Shown piece after piece: positions 25,725 through 39,490 of a stretch of 64,000 nucleotides of DNA (the stretch's first letter is position 1; the number at the start of each line of letters is the position of its first letter). Source of the stretch: Eledone cirrhosa (Eukaryota); contig OZ024747.1 in NCBI GenBank assembly GCA_964016885.1, forward strand, positions 57,660,001-57,724,000. The letters are read 5' to 3'. Under the pieces are notes generated by a model, which saw nothing but the letters and a program-made list of their open reading frames with translations, was not told the origin of the DNA and made no database searches. The position numbers and the translations under genes are program-made.

Positions 25725-27236
25725 TCATAATAACAATAATAATGATAATGATGCTGATAAGGATGGTGATGATGATGATGATGATGATGATGATGACGAC
25801 ATTTAGTGAGGAAATGAATGACACTGAATATATTCAGGGGGAAATCTACCAGAAAATTGAAAAGCTACTGAAGTTATATGGATAATAGAGATTGGTTCGG
25901 TTGAACAATAGATGTAGAATACTGAATGTGGTGATGTGGTGATGTGGTGATGCACAATGGGGATGAGGAGTGTATTCAAACTTTGGCATAGCTTAACTGA
26001 GATTTATATTGGGAATGTAAAGAGAAATTTAAATAAAATTCTCAAATCACAATTTTAAGTAGATTATTTTTTTTCGAATTGATTTAAATTGACGTTTGTA
26101 GAGTGAAAATCATGGTCGGATATTCCAAGATATTTAATAGAAGAAAAATATAGAAATGTGGATAAGGATATAGAAATAGTTATAAAGAGAGTTAAATATA
26201 CAACCCAGACAAAAAAAGGAGGTGCAGAAGTATGTAAGAGGGGGAGGGGGTGAGAAGTGTGAGAGAAGCTGGTTAGACATGGAGACAGGAAAAAGAGAGA
26301 GAGGGAGAGAGGGAGAGAGGGAGAGAGATACAGACAAAAGGAAAGATAGAGAGCAAGAGAGAAAATTTGATATATATATATATATATAATCATATATATA
26401 TGTGTGTATACGTGTGTGCGTATATATGTGTGTGTGTGTATATACATGTGTGTATACATGTGTGTGTGTGTATATATATGTGTGTGTGTGTATGTATACA
26501 TGCGTGTGTGTGTGTGTACATGTGTGTGTATATATGTATGTATGTGTGAGAGAAGGTATCTCATTCTCTCTTTCTAACTATATATCTATCTATCTCTCTA
26601 TATATATTTATATTTACATATATACAGAGAGAAAGAGAAAGTAAGACTGAGGGATATAGAAAGTGTATTTGTGTGTGAGAGAGGGAGAAATTGATGTAGC
26701 GGGAGGCAGAAGGGGAAAGAGAAATTAGAAAAGAAAAGCGTATAACACAAAGAATAACAAATATAATGCAAGAAAAAATTGTTAAGGTGGTGGCAGAGTA
26801 AGAGATGTTCGGTGTCGACAAACCGTATCATTACAGTTAATACAAATAATTTTAGTATCAAGTGAAACGTTTAAAATTGATGGTAAAATGAAGTGAAATT
26901 TGCTGAAAAACGCAATGAAGTTGAAGTATAATAACGAATGGTTGTTATATTTAGATATGGACGAGGAGTGTTGACACCTTGTCTGGAAATAAAAGTAACA
27001 AAATATAATGGGCAAAAAAACGACTGAAAAATGGAAAATTCAAATAATACAATAATAGGTGAAAAAAGATAAAGGCCACATATGTGTAAATAGAAATACA
27101 ATCAGCTGCTCATATCAAAATTACATTTGACTCCTTATGAGAATTTCATTGTCAATGACTGTATCATTGTGGTACTGGTGTTAGTGTTGGTGGCTGCGTT
27201 TATTGTGTCACTCTTTTTGAATTCTAACCTCTAAGT

Positions 27237-27299
27237 ATGTATGTATGTATATATGTATGTGTATATATGTATGTATATATGTACGTATGTATATATATA

Positions 27300-27384
<85 letters not shown>

Positions 27385-27517
27385 ATATGTATGTATGTAT
27401 ATATGTATGTATGTATGTATATATGTATGTATGTATATATATATATGTATGTATATATATATGTGTAGATATATGTATGTATATATATATGTATGTGTAT
27501 ATATATGTATGTATGTG

Positions 27518-27550
<33 letters not shown>

Positions 27551-27774
27551 GTATATATATGTATTTATGTATATGTATATATATGTATGTATATATATAT
27601 ATATATGTATGTATGTATATGTATATGTATGTATATACATGTATGTATGTATATGTATATATATGTATGTATAATATATATATATAATATATATATGTGT
27701 ATGTATGTATATATATGTATGTATATACATATATGTATGTATATGCATATATATACGTGTATATATATATGTAC

Positions 27775-27828
<54 letters not shown>

Positions 27829-27830
27829 TT
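27237..27830. repeat. compound (TA)n/(TATG)n microsatellite
   Basis: ~600 bp of alternating purine-pyrimidine repeat; one of dozens of such arrays in the window. Confidence 0.95.
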
Positions 27831-28900
27831 GTGACTGTGTATGTATTGGATTCTATGTTATTTAAGTTTTTCTGTGTTATATTTGTGTTTTCTAGTTTTA
27901 TATCTTTTACCAATATGAATAACTGGCACTTTATTTTATTTTATTTTATTTTTGTTGTATTAAATTCGATTTCGTCTCCTCTGTTTACCAAATAATGTAA
28001 TTAATTTTCAATTAATCAACAACATTAGTTCAATACTTTCTAAATTATATTTATTTCACCGGAGATTTGGCTCCATGAAGATATCTTTAGAAAATATCCC
28101 AGGGTGTAAAAATAAATACAACCGAATTTTCCACTCGTTTGATGATGTGATAGAATTCCATTGTGCAGAAAAATAACAGCTGAAAGAAAAATACTAATGT
28201 TGATATATACTTCATGTTAATGTTTAGTTGTTGCTACATTGCTGTTATTATTCATGTTAAGCCTACGGTTAACTCCGCTCAAGCAGTTGATGATGGAATG
28301 GTATTTTAGCTGTGGATATTATTTCTATATCTAATGAGAAAATATACAATGTGTTTTTCTTTCTTTAAATAGGATATGACTTTAAGGGACATTGCCTGTT
28401 AGATTTAGCAAGCTGACCAATCACATTGTTAAAATCTTTCTCGAGCCTGCAGGCTATGGGCTGGAGCTTTTCTTGTTATCTTTACCTTTCTTTTTTTTTC
28501 TCGTGTTAATCGATATAAAAATCAATACACTCCATTGTAAAGGACGCAAGTGCTGCACAAACTTAAACCCGAGTTGATGCAGCTATTGGTGATTCTGATA
28601 TGTTCAGCTAAATGAATGGTTTCAACGAGAAATGTAATGCATTACTCAAGGACATATCACGGCCCCGGTAATCACGCTCATGACCTTAAAATAAAACACT
28701 AATTTTCTTGCATAATTTAGCGGAGGTAGTTAAAGAAGCAATGGAGGTGGCTATATCTACATTGGTATGGGGAACGCGTTATTGGTTTAATTTAAGTTAT
28801 GAAGATTGGTGTCTGAGGGAAGACGGTGTCGGCAAAGAAAGAAGTACAGAAGAATTCAAGTTCAGAGAAGAATGTACAGATCAAACCTGTTTGTCGTGAA

Positions 28901-29123
28901 ATAATGGTTTCTGATTTAGGAACAAGGCCGAGAATATTAGGGGAGGGAAATGTCGATTGAACGACGACGGCAGTGCATTACTGGAACTTTATCTAATCGA
29001 TCCCGTAAGGATGAAAGGTAAAGCTAACCTTAGCGGTATTTGAACTCAGATCGTAAAGGGGCGTAACCATATGCCATAAAGCATGTGTCCGACGCTCTAC
29101 CGATATTGCCTATCGACCGCCCT
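28901..29123 (-). mobile_element. SINE main family, longer subfamily
   Basis: Core match. Confidence 0.8.
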
Positions 29124-29734
29124 AATTTGTTGTGTAATATTGTTAAGGATGACAATTAGATAACAACCGGGTTTAGTAGATGGATCTTAACGAAGGTAAT
29201 ACACATCTAACTACTTAAGAGGAGAATAAGTAATTATTATATAATTAGAAGGAAACAATTAATTTAAGATATAATTATGATATATTTAATTTAAGGATTA
29301 ATTATAGAATCTAATTTAGGATTTAATTACATGTGTCTTCTGAAATTTGAAATATGTTAGCACACCGACTTCTCCGACGATGAGTGCTCCTGTCTTGTGA
29401 ACAATGGACAACGTTTTCATGAAATTAACGTGCAAGGGGCTGAACATTACACAGACAAGAGTAAGCTCGAATCAGTTCACAATAAGATTCACCATTATAT
29501 CAACGTATTGCTACCTGCAACCACTGGCAACCGAAGTTGAAGTAACAGAGTTAATCGTTTTAGTGCTTAGTATCAATATATAATAAATAGCAAAGGGTAG
29601 ACAGGGTTGTGTGATTACCGAGTTCGATACACAACGTGGTTCTACGATCGGCCTTGGTGTGTGACAAATTGGTGAAGAATGAGCCAATGTCTTGCGCGTG
29701 GTGGAAGTTAGTATATGTTAACTGTAGAAGCCTG

Positions 29735-29793
<59 letters not shown>

Positions 29794-29861
29794 ATCAAAA
29801 GATGGTTAAAAGAGTTCCATGTATTTTATTATGCGCATTTCAAAACAAATATCATCATGCA

Positions 29862-30033
29862 ATAATTGTTTCTACTTTTGGCACAAGGCCAACAATTACT
29901 CAGTACATTACTGGTACTTTATTTTATCGACCCCGTAAGGATGAAAGGCAAAGTTAACCTCAGCGGGATTTGAACTCAGACTGTAAAGGGACGTAACTAT
30001 GCTAGAAAGCATGGCGTCCAACCCTCTACCGAT
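29862..30033 (-). mobile_element. SINE main family with TSD ATGCAATAAT
   Basis: ATGCAATAAT at 29857-29866 and 30034-30043; interrupts stem II of the minus-strand HHR. Confidence 0.9.
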
Positions 30034-30561
30034 ATGCAATAATATTTGTGTTTTCATCAGATAAAATAGGAAGACATGATATGAAGGTTAAAAAACACTT
30101 GTGAATAGTGCAGTTTTGAATCAACATATGAAAAGTAGTTTTAGATTGATGTGTGATATTGGGAAAACATTTTCTTGAGGGGAGGGGGGGGGGGTTGGAA
30201 AGGATGAAAAAGAGGAGGAGATGAGAGTAAAAAGTGGAGGGGGAGGAGTATAATGAGGAAGGATGAGATAGGAGGAGAGATGGGTGATAGAGAGAGAGAG
30301 ATAGCTTTTATAACTGAGAAAAATATATTGTTTTACATAGAGAGGTTGAAAAACCGTTGGAAGATAATGTTAATTTTCAAATTCTTTTAATTTATACATT
30401 TTTTTACTCTCATCTCCTCCTCTTTTTCATCCTTTCCAACCTCCCTCCCCCTCAACATTTTTTTTTCCCAATATCACACATCAATCTAAAACTACTTTTC
30501 ATATGTTGATTCAAAACTGCACTATTCACAAGTGTTTTTTAACCTTCATATCATGTCTTCC

Positions 30562-30632
30562 TATTTTATCTGATGAAAACACAAATATTATTGCATGATG
30601 ATATTTGTTTTTGAAATGCGCATAATAAAATA
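30562..30632 (+). ncRNA. type I hammerhead ribozyme (family A)
   Basis: TATTTTAT-CTGATGA-stem II-GAAA-TGCGCA-TA-ATAAAATA. Confidence 0.85.
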
Positions 30633-30770
30633 CATGGAACTCTTTTAATCATCTTTTGATCTTATATATTATGTATACTCCAGTCCTACAAACTGTAGAG
30701 TGCTTCTTATCCGATATCTGCATTGCTTTATTGTACTACAATAAAACCTCTACATATATATATATATATA

Positions 30771-30900
30771 TAAATACAATATCGGAGAAAGCTTTTTAGC
30801 GATACTCCGGCCAAATTCCAACTCACTCAACAAACATTAGGAAATAAGTGATTATATTCCCAATTATGCGTTCGGGGTGCTAACTAAAAGCATTGCGTGG

Positions 30901-30902
<2 letters not shown>
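30771..30902. repeat. dispersed repeat in (TA)n, near-identical to 37783-37915
   Basis: AAATACAATATCGGAGAAAGC...GCGTGGAAAA present twice. Confidence 0.8.
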
Positions 30903-30937
<35 letters not shown>

Positions 30938-31186
30938 TAACTATCTATTTATTTATTTATCTATATGTATATATATATATAATTCAATTTAGGAAAGTTG
31001 GTTGATAATCAGATAATCCCAAAAAATTTGTAAAACATGTAAAGCACTCTACGATATGTAGTCCTTAGACTGTTATCAATAAGGTATCAACCGGAATAGT
31101 ATAAAGAAGAGAGCCGGGTTTATGTGTACATTCTCTATTTATTACATAATAAACAGAGGATGAACGCATACAACTGTCTCCATTAT

Positions 31187-31237
<51 letters not shown>

Positions 31238-31959
31238 GAATAAAAGAATATTTATTTATAAAATACTCCGATGATGTAAAGCTGCGGTAAAGTCATACTG
31301 TATAGTTAGCAACGTTGTATATATTTAAATGCCGTGGGCAAACATAGATACTAACTTTTGAAGTGAAGCCTTTCTACGGAGAATTGTTTTTACTATTCAT
31401 GATTTGCACTAATAACATATTTATCCATGGGAAATACATAGGATTAGCTATACTGCCCAAATTAAAGAAACCGCCTGCAGTAGATTTTGAACTTAAGACT
31501 TTTAATTGCTAGTTCAATGCCAGAGTTGATGGTCGAATGCCAGATGATGGAATCGTGCCATATGTAGCCTGTTATTTCGCTCCTAGAAATTTGGAATAAA
31601 ATGGAGATCATTTGGCAATGCGTCTTTTATTTTTAAATTTCCTCAATGGAAATTCCATTTACTCTGTAGGTGTCAGATTGGGCAATATGTAGAAAAAACA
31701 AAAAAACAAACAAAACATATACAGTCGTAACAAATGGTATATTAGTTTTCTGCCTTGAAGATTGTATGTGTCACGTGATTTAGATTACATGGGGATATAT
31801 ACAAAGTTGGGGTGTTTTTTCATAACCTCGTCTTCATAAAAGTGCAAAACACGTCGACACCTTAACGTCAAAAATAAAGACACTTTCTATATTTGTATTC
31901 AAACAGAACCATACATACGTGTATCACCCATATATGCACACATTGTCACTATTACATTA

Positions 31960-32217
31960 ACAGTGAAGTTGATTTAACACTTCACTCCTCGCAAGTGTTT
32001 TTTAAGCTTCATATCATGTTTCCCTATTTTATCTGATGAGAACGCAAATATCATCCCATGATGATATTTGTTTTTGAAATGCGCATAATAAAATACATAG
32101 AACTCTTTTAACCATCTTTTGATTTTATATTATTTATACTCCAGTCCTATAAACTGTTGAGTCTACTTATCCGATATTGGCATTGCTTATTGTACTACAA
32201 TAAAACTCACCTCATAC

Positions 32218-32218
<1 letters not shown>
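31960..32218 (+). mobile_element. HHR cassette family A, copy 3 (single arm + tail) with HHR at 32025-32095
   Basis: TATTTTAT-CTGATGA-GAACGCAAATATCATC..GATGATATTTGTTTTT-GAAA-TGCGCA-TA-ATAAAATA; ends in (TA)n. Confidence 0.85.
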
Positions 32219-32256
<38 letters not shown>

Positions 32257-32290
32257 AGATTTGAATGGATACAGTTTAGTTGAAAGGAAT

Positions 32291-32407
32291 TTATTGACAC
32301 GTGTTTCTATAACAGTTACATAACCTAAAACAGCTATCTACAAACTTTTAGTTATGCAGACATTCAATATTTCAATGTTATTATTTACTGTCATTTCATC
32401 AGAATAA
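32291..32407 (-). ncRNA. hammerhead ribozyme with ~90-nt stem II
   Basis: Minus: TTATT-CTGATGA-AATGACAGT...ACTGTTATA-GAAA-CACGTG-TC-AATAA; canonical GUC site. Confidence 0.75.
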
Positions 32408-32971
32408 TATTACTGAGGACCTATTTAGTTTTTATAGAGAATATTAGGAGGGAGGGGTGAAGTTGTTGGAAGAATAGTTGAAGGAGTGGTTTTTCGATAG
32501 CAATGAGAATTCTTGGTGGCAGTGAGTAATTAGATTCCCATCTGTTGTTTTGACATTTTTTATAGAATATATTATTGGTTATTTTTCTAAATCTATAGAA
32601 GGATTAGAGATAGTAAAGATATGCGTGGTTGGTTTTGTGTTTGCACTTAATTAACATTCAGACTTAAATTTTTCTTTCAAGTGTACGTATCCTTTCACCC
32701 ACGCATTCACACACAAATATATTTGCACACCTCTACAAAATACATATACTCACAATTCACATATTCATACTTACATATATATACACATGCATACACATAT
32801 ATATACACACATGTATTCATGTACATACATACGCGCTCATGTGTATACATTTTCATACTCAACTTATCTTTATATACACACGTATAGACACACTCATATA
32901 TACATACATACTCTAGTCCATGTGTACACACATACACATACTTACACATCCATATACACATATATACATAC

Positions 32972-33034
<63 letters not shown>

Positions 33035-33355
33035 CATATATACATACACATACATATACACATATATACATACATATATATATATAAGCACTTTAATACA
33101 TGAATACACTTACATCTAACTATACACATCAAACATATATATATATTTACTTATTTATATACATTTTCACATATATATACATACTTATGGACGTTTTTAG
33201 ACACATTCATTATCGCATATTTGTACCTATTCTCATCAGCATATCTTTTCATTATTAGTATGGTAATTTAAGGTTATTAATATATGTTGAGAAGAGATTG
33301 TTTTTATATTTTTCTAACTAGATTAAGGTTTATATAGTTGGGGGATGTCCCTCTT

Positions 33356-35647
33356 TTATGTAATATTCGGCTTGTAGTGGGAAAAAAGGGTTTTAGTTCT
33401 GTGACGGCAGAATAATGTTCGTTCAATTCTGTTATTCAGCAGTTTCTTCTTGTGTGTGATTATGTAATAAATCTCAAGATTACATAATTTGCAGAAATTT
33501 TGGCTCCTGGAAAAGCTTTGGGTTTTAGCTAATTTTTCCCATTTTAGGGTAAACTTTTGGTCGCTATCCCTGAGCGTCCAAGCTTTTTCCGCTAAAGTTG
33601 TTACATTTCTTTGGCTCTGGTGTTTTATTGAGTAAGAATGCCTATACAATCGAGATTTAAACGATGTTGCCGTTGATCCCACGTAATACCACTCGTTGCC
33701 TCCGGATTTAATGGTACACTTATAAATAATATTTTTTTCCAGGCAGTTATTGCCGAGGGGGCAGTTGTCAGGATAGGTGCAGTTACAGTTGTGTACGTTG
33801 GGTTTTCTCTGGAGTAGTATTGCGGACGAACTTAGGTGTGGTTTATTTATGTTCTGTAGTGTATTGTCTACTGTTTTTTTTTGTGTTCTTTGTACTTAAG
33901 TTCTTAGTGTTTTCGTTTAACCTTCTAGTATTGATCTTTTTTATGTGTTGTTCAAGGTTTAACGCTGTAGAGTATGACAGTCTTATAGTGGTAGGGTTTA
34001 GGATTTTGTGGTATTTGTGTGATGTGGGAAAATGTCTTTTAATTATTTTAAAGAAGAGTACTGGTAAATTTTACTAATGGAGCTATTGTATTCGGGGTTA
34101 TACCATAAGTACTCTTTGCATCGCTTTCTATTAGTTTTGTTTGTTGGTTTACTGGTGTGCATACTATGGTAGTAAGTGTGGTTTGGTGTTGTGTTATTAT
34201 ATCTACCTATGTGGGATTTATTTTGGGTGTTTTGATTGTTCCCATCTATGTACTCTATTTTGTTGAGGTAGCCTGCTTTACTAAGGGCGTTATCGTAGTA
34301 CTCGGCGTGTTCCTTAAATACTTGTATGTTAGAAGATAGACTCGAGATTCTAAGGGAAATATTTTTAGGGATAGATTTAATTATAGAGATGGGGTGGTTA
34401 GACCCAACATTTACGTATTTGAGATTTTCATTCAATTTATGAAACGGTTTAATCAAACCAGAGTTTAAATTGAGTGTGACATCCAGGAAGTTAACTACTT
34501 TAAGGTTGTATTCATATGTTATAGTTAGTCCTATTTCGAGTAGTAGTTTTCTTATATCTTTGCGTAGTTTTTCTAGTTTTTGGTTATTAAGGTTTTTAGC
34601 TAGGAGGAGAACATCGTCGCGGTATATTCCGCCGTGGAGATTGCTGAATTTTTCCTGGAGTCTAAAGGCGATAAATAACCCCACAATATCAGTTATTTCC
34701 GCCGAATCGTTAGAGCCCATTGTTATGTCAAAGTTAGAGGGTCTATCTTTACGTACCCAATAACTGTTCTCAAATTTGACTATAGTTTTCCTAGCTTCTA
34801 ATATAATCTTAATTTCATCGTTTGTAAGGTCAGAGTTATCCTTAGCAAACTTAATGGCTCTATTCAAAGTTTCAGGTGATATCGATGAGTAATATTCATC
34901 GATATCAAACTGGATAAACTTAGATTTATTCTTATTGCTAATGCTATTAAACCATCTTATTGCTTCTTGGGTCTTCCCCCAGAGTTTAATGTTAACCTTA
35001 GCCTTAATTTGGGGGATGATTCTATCTAAGATATATTTGCTTATTTTACCTATATCTGATTTAGAGGGGCAGATTAATCTAATTTTAGGGTCATTATCAA
35101 AGTTTACCTTGTGGTCCTTAAGATTGAAGGTGGGTACCGCCGGTAAGAGTGGTCCTGTCCTATCTTCGATTCCGAGATTTTTCACTATTTCGCATGCCTC
35201 ATCATTGATGTGCTTAAGGGTTACTTCACTCGTTTTTCTATATTTTTTATGTAATTCTTTTCGAATGAAGTTGTTGTATGTAGTGCAATCCATAGTGTAC
35301 AGGTTTGATGTTTTGTCCGCTTTTACTACAATTCCTTTGGTGTTTTTAAGGTCGTCCAGTAGTTTTTTTATATCTTTCTGTAATTTGCTGTTGGTGTTGC
35401 GTCCTTTGAATTTAATTTTAAGGATTAAGTTCATAAGGTCCTGCTCAAATGCATCTAATAGTGGGTTGGTGGGTGGGTTTTTACAAGTCCTAAAACCGAA
35501 TTTGTTGTTTACACCACTTTCTAATGTTGAGTTCATACGGCTTCTATCATAGTGGAGCGTTTTCCACCTGACACGTCGAATGAATTCATTAGTTTTTTGA
35601 ATCATGCTCAATAAATATTCCTTTCTACCTTGGGTTGGTATGTTTTT
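33356..35647 (-). mobile_element. Naiad-type Penelope-like retroelement, near full-length ORF (RT + GIY-YIG), two frameshifts
   Basis: KNIP...EFIRRVRWK N-terminus; KADKT; QFDIDEYYSSI, TMGS, IYRDD, VNFLDVTLNL; RHFP..HKYHKI.N...RLSYS; CNC..CPL..CL..NIIY...YVGST..FK.R...H; CKLC..E...LN.R.E...CRH; frameshifts near 34070 and 33880; 5' end abuts (TA)n. Confidence 0.9.
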
Positions 35648-35773
35648 ATATATATATACACATACACATGAATATACACATACACATGAATAGCCTCGCT
35701 GACAATGAGAAATATTTTTTCGTAAACAAACGAAAAGAAATTATATTCTCCATAACATAGTGGCATGGAATAG

Positions 35774-35823
<50 letters not shown>

Positions 35824-36451
35824 AGTGTGTGTGTGTGTGTTTGTGGGATCAAGAATTAAAGAATTGTGCTGAAGTTTACATGAAATTAGAGTCCTGTATT
35901 TACAAATTAATATTTCTTTGAAGTCGTCGCTCAGCTAATGCCTCCAACAATTCAGGTGTTTTTTGTTTATGAAAGAGCTGGCGTAAATATAAAGCAATTA
36001 TAATTCTATATTTGACAAATGCTGCTATTTTAACAAATATATTAGCCTAATTTCAGCCTGTTGTGTCTAGGTCACGTAATTTAGCAAATGATTTGTAAGT
36101 TTATTAATAAACGCGCGCACACACACAGTCACACGCATATACATATATATATATATATACACAGACACATACATAGGCATATATATACATACACACACAA
36201 ACACACATACAACCGTGTCTGCAGACCGAACTCAATACAAACTATATGTTAGTTATTTAAAATATTTCACTTTTTTTTTATCGTGCTGTATTATATATCT
36301 ACACATACATACATACCCACGCGCACATATTCATACAGACATACACCCATGGTGAGCAAATGCGGTCCCACGTGCTGGCCTCCCCACTCCCTCGGCGGAC
36401 ATAATGGAGAAGGCGTTTCCCCGGGTTTTAGAACGATGTATAATTTTCTGA

Positions 36452-36604
36452 AGGCGCGGCGAACTGGCAGAGTTGTTAGAACGTTGGATAGAATGCATGG
36501 CAGCATTCGTTTCTACTCTCGGCTCAAATCTCGCTAAGGTCAACTTTGACTTTCATCCATTTGAGGTCGATACAAAAGTACCAGTTTAGTACTGGGGGGT
36601 TGAT
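36452..36604 (+). mobile_element. SINE main family, diverged
   Basis: GGCGAACTGGCAGAG head; TTTCATCCATTTGAGGTCGATACAAAAGTACCAG core. Confidence 0.75.
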
Positions 36605-37338
36605 TCTTCCTCTATATCTCCTTCTCATTTCCGTTTCCTCATTCACTCTAACCTTCTCTGGAAGAAATCTGCCGAATTCAGACCTGAGAGGAGATAGGCT
36701 CCACCAGGTTTTAAAATGCCCCAGAAACACTGTATGTCAATACGGTGTCCCTACGATTCCAACAGGAGTTATGGGACGATGTATGCACTCATAACTTTCT
36801 CATTATTAATTTAGTGTTAGGAACACCATTTAATACATATTCTTTCAAGAATTGTGATGGAAGGTGTTTAGATAAATGTAAATATGTTCAAAAGACCAGT
36901 TTGGTATTATAGAGCCAGGGTCTGTTTCTGGTGCTATTGAAATTAATTCTTGTTTCTAGAATATATTTCTATGTATATTTGATACTTATAAACTATACAG
37001 CATGACAATCCGTATACAATTCCACTTTTATCTGCTGGATGAAAAATTCAAAATTCATTCGGCGTGAACATTCAATCCCCATAAATTTCTATCTATATGA
37101 ACAGTAAATCCTCATTTAGTGATTACTATTACTAATGGTGTGTAGCGTTAGATTTAGACATGCAATTTCATCGTCAAATACCGAAGAGAATGACAAAAAA
37201 CTTATCGAGACATGCAGAATCAACCCTCGACTTGATATAGGAATAATATTAACTCATGGTATGATATCAACAAATACCAGTTTTCTCTTGACTTATAGCT
37301 ACAATGTTTTATTTTTCGTGGATTTGAAGGTAATATTG

Positions 37339-37441
<103 letters not shown>

Positions 37442-37554
37442 GGCTCCAGTTCCTCAGTAAATTAACAACCCAACAAGGAACTGGGCATATCAGAGTATTG
37501 ACAATATTATACACCTAAACAACATATGTACTTGTCTATACCATACTAATTCAA

Positions 37555-37610
37555 ACTGCCTGAAGAGGTCACAGCCTAAAGATGGCTGTCACTGAAATAT
37601 ATATAGCAGT
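37555..37610 (+). ncRNA. type I hammerhead ribozyme in cassette ~37437-37750
   Basis: ACTGC-CTGAAGA-GGTCACAGCC(loop)GGCTGTCACT-GAAA-TATATA-TA-GCAGT, immediately followed by AATAAA. Confidence 0.85.
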
Positions 37611-38177
37611 AATAAACGAAGCTAAATTTTAATCATTTGACTTTTATTTAACTTTATTTTACACTACTCCGGAGTAACCAAACCAACCTGCGCACTTCGT
37701 CGAGTGCTCCAGCCTGCATACTGAGGTGTTGGTATACAACCAACATAGACTAAAAAAAAAAAATATATATATATATATATAAATAAATACAATATCGGAG
37801 AAAGCTTTTTAGCGATACTCCGGCCAAATTCCAACTCACTCAACAAACATTAGGAAATAAGTGATTATATTCCCAATTATGCGTTCGGGGTGCTAACTAA
37901 AAGTATTGCGTGGAAAATTGGCTGTATTATTTCATATGAGACATATCTAATATATATATATCGCAATATTACCTTCAAATCCACGAAAAATAAAACATTG
38001 TAGCTATAAGCTATATATACAATCCAATCCAGGGCCTTCTCTCTCCTGTTGGAGGAACCTATCCGTGGTTGACCTTCACCACATTCTATTTGGTTTTATT
38101 CATGTCAGTGGTGTAACTATACTCACTATGCTTGGTCAAATGCGGGTTGTGGGGGTTATTTACCCGTAGATGGCGAT

Positions 38178-38345
38178 TATACTTTATGAGGGTCATTCTG
38201 CTAAAAAAAACCTACGCCCTGCTGATTTTCACATCAATCTATTTTTATAATTTCCCACTCGGTTAGTTTAATAAACGGATTGATGTTTAGTTGTTGAATG
38301 TCAAATCTCTTTCGATATACACTATGTGACCGCCTCAGTGACTAA
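38178..38345 (-). mobile_element. decayed family B cassette
   Basis: ATACTTTATGAGGGTCAT... and TTTCG..GTGACCGCCTCAGTGACT align with family B (8449-8967). Confidence 0.55.
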
Positions 38346-38753
38346 TTATGTTACTTTGTGTCGTATCCTTGTTCTTGTCTATGTGTGCTGTTTTCTTGGA
38401 CAGCACGTGCGATACATGTGGATGTGACTGTTTTATATATTTATTTGTTTATTTATGTATACATTATTTATTTATTTTCTCTCTCTTCTCTCTTTCCTAC
38501 TCGTCTCCAGCTGATAAATTGTTATCCTGGTATTTGTTCTATCTGTGCGCGTGTGTGTGTGTGTGTGTGTATGTGGTGGCGTCTCTCTCTTTATCTTATT
38601 AGTTTAGTTCTTGAGTGTCTATATATTGTCCTTAGATAATTAGTTATGAGTTTCTTACTATTCCATTCATGCTTTCTATTTAGTTTCAGGCGTTCATTTA
38701 CGTTTGTCACCTCAGTAATCTTATGGAGATTTGCGTCTTTTCAGTGTCTAGAT

Positions 38754-38938
38754 ATAATTGTTTATACTTTTGGCACAAGGCCAGAATTAACCCAGCACAT
38801 TACTGGTACTTTAATTTATCGACCCCGAAAGGATGAAAGGCAAAGTTAACCTCGACGGGATTTGAAATCAGGCCGTAATAGGAAATGCTACAAAGCATGA
38901 CGTCTAACCCTCTACCGATACTGCTTAATCTCCGCCCT
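38754..38938 (-). mobile_element. SINE main family with 14-bp TSD
   Basis: TGTCTAGATATAAT at 38745-38758 and 38939-38952. Confidence 0.9.
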
Positions 38939-39490
38939 TGTCTAGATATAATGTTTATGTGTATGTTCTCTAGTGAGCCCCCATGTTCCATTCTGGTATA
39001 TCACTGAAGTACTGATGGGTTTTTCTCGTTCTTCACACCGTCTCACCTATTTATATTGTATTTCTATTTTTACACAGTCCATCCATGAACCTGATTCTAT
39101 AAACTACCTTCCGTCAATCTAAGGACTTAATCTGCAGACTATCCGTTTCCTATCGGAGCAGGGTGTTTTTTTTTTGTTTTTGAAAGCGTACATTCTGCTA
39201 ATCGTGGATTTTAAGGGAGTAGCTGGTTTTTCGCCTATCCTAATACTTTATTTTAATTTGTCTAGAGCCCTTCTAACTGTGTATGCATATTCGCTTCTTG
39301 GGGTAGCATTAGCGAACATTACAATCCGGTATTTGTTGCTGCCATACCATGAGTTTATCTTATTCCTAGTTAGCTCTCTTCTATTCAAACACATTCACCT
39401 ATACATGGGGCAACTCCTATTTGCATCATTTTCTATAATATCCACTCATTTAACGCAGACTACGAAATAATAAGAGTTTATATATATATA

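Larger units (their letters stand above)
29789..30752. mobile_element. fold-back HHR cassette family A, copy 2 (SINE inserted in left arm)
   Basis: Left arm 29789-30233 (minus SINE) is the reverse complement of ~30402-30662; tail to 30752; (TA)n flanks. Confidence 0.9.

Noticed and set aside
27224-27995. Long YI/TH/CV/ER-repeat ORFs here and throughout the ORF track
   Set aside because: Translations of stop-free microsatellites; no coding signal
33356-35647. Selenocysteine recoding, known in some Naiad PLEs
   Set aside because: The cysteine motifs I translated use TGT/TGC; breaks are frameshifts ending at TAA, not in-frame TGA; no SECIS recognised
36349-36440. GC-rich patch, possible exon or HDV-like ribozyme
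   Set aside because: No splice pair or consistent nested pseudoknot found
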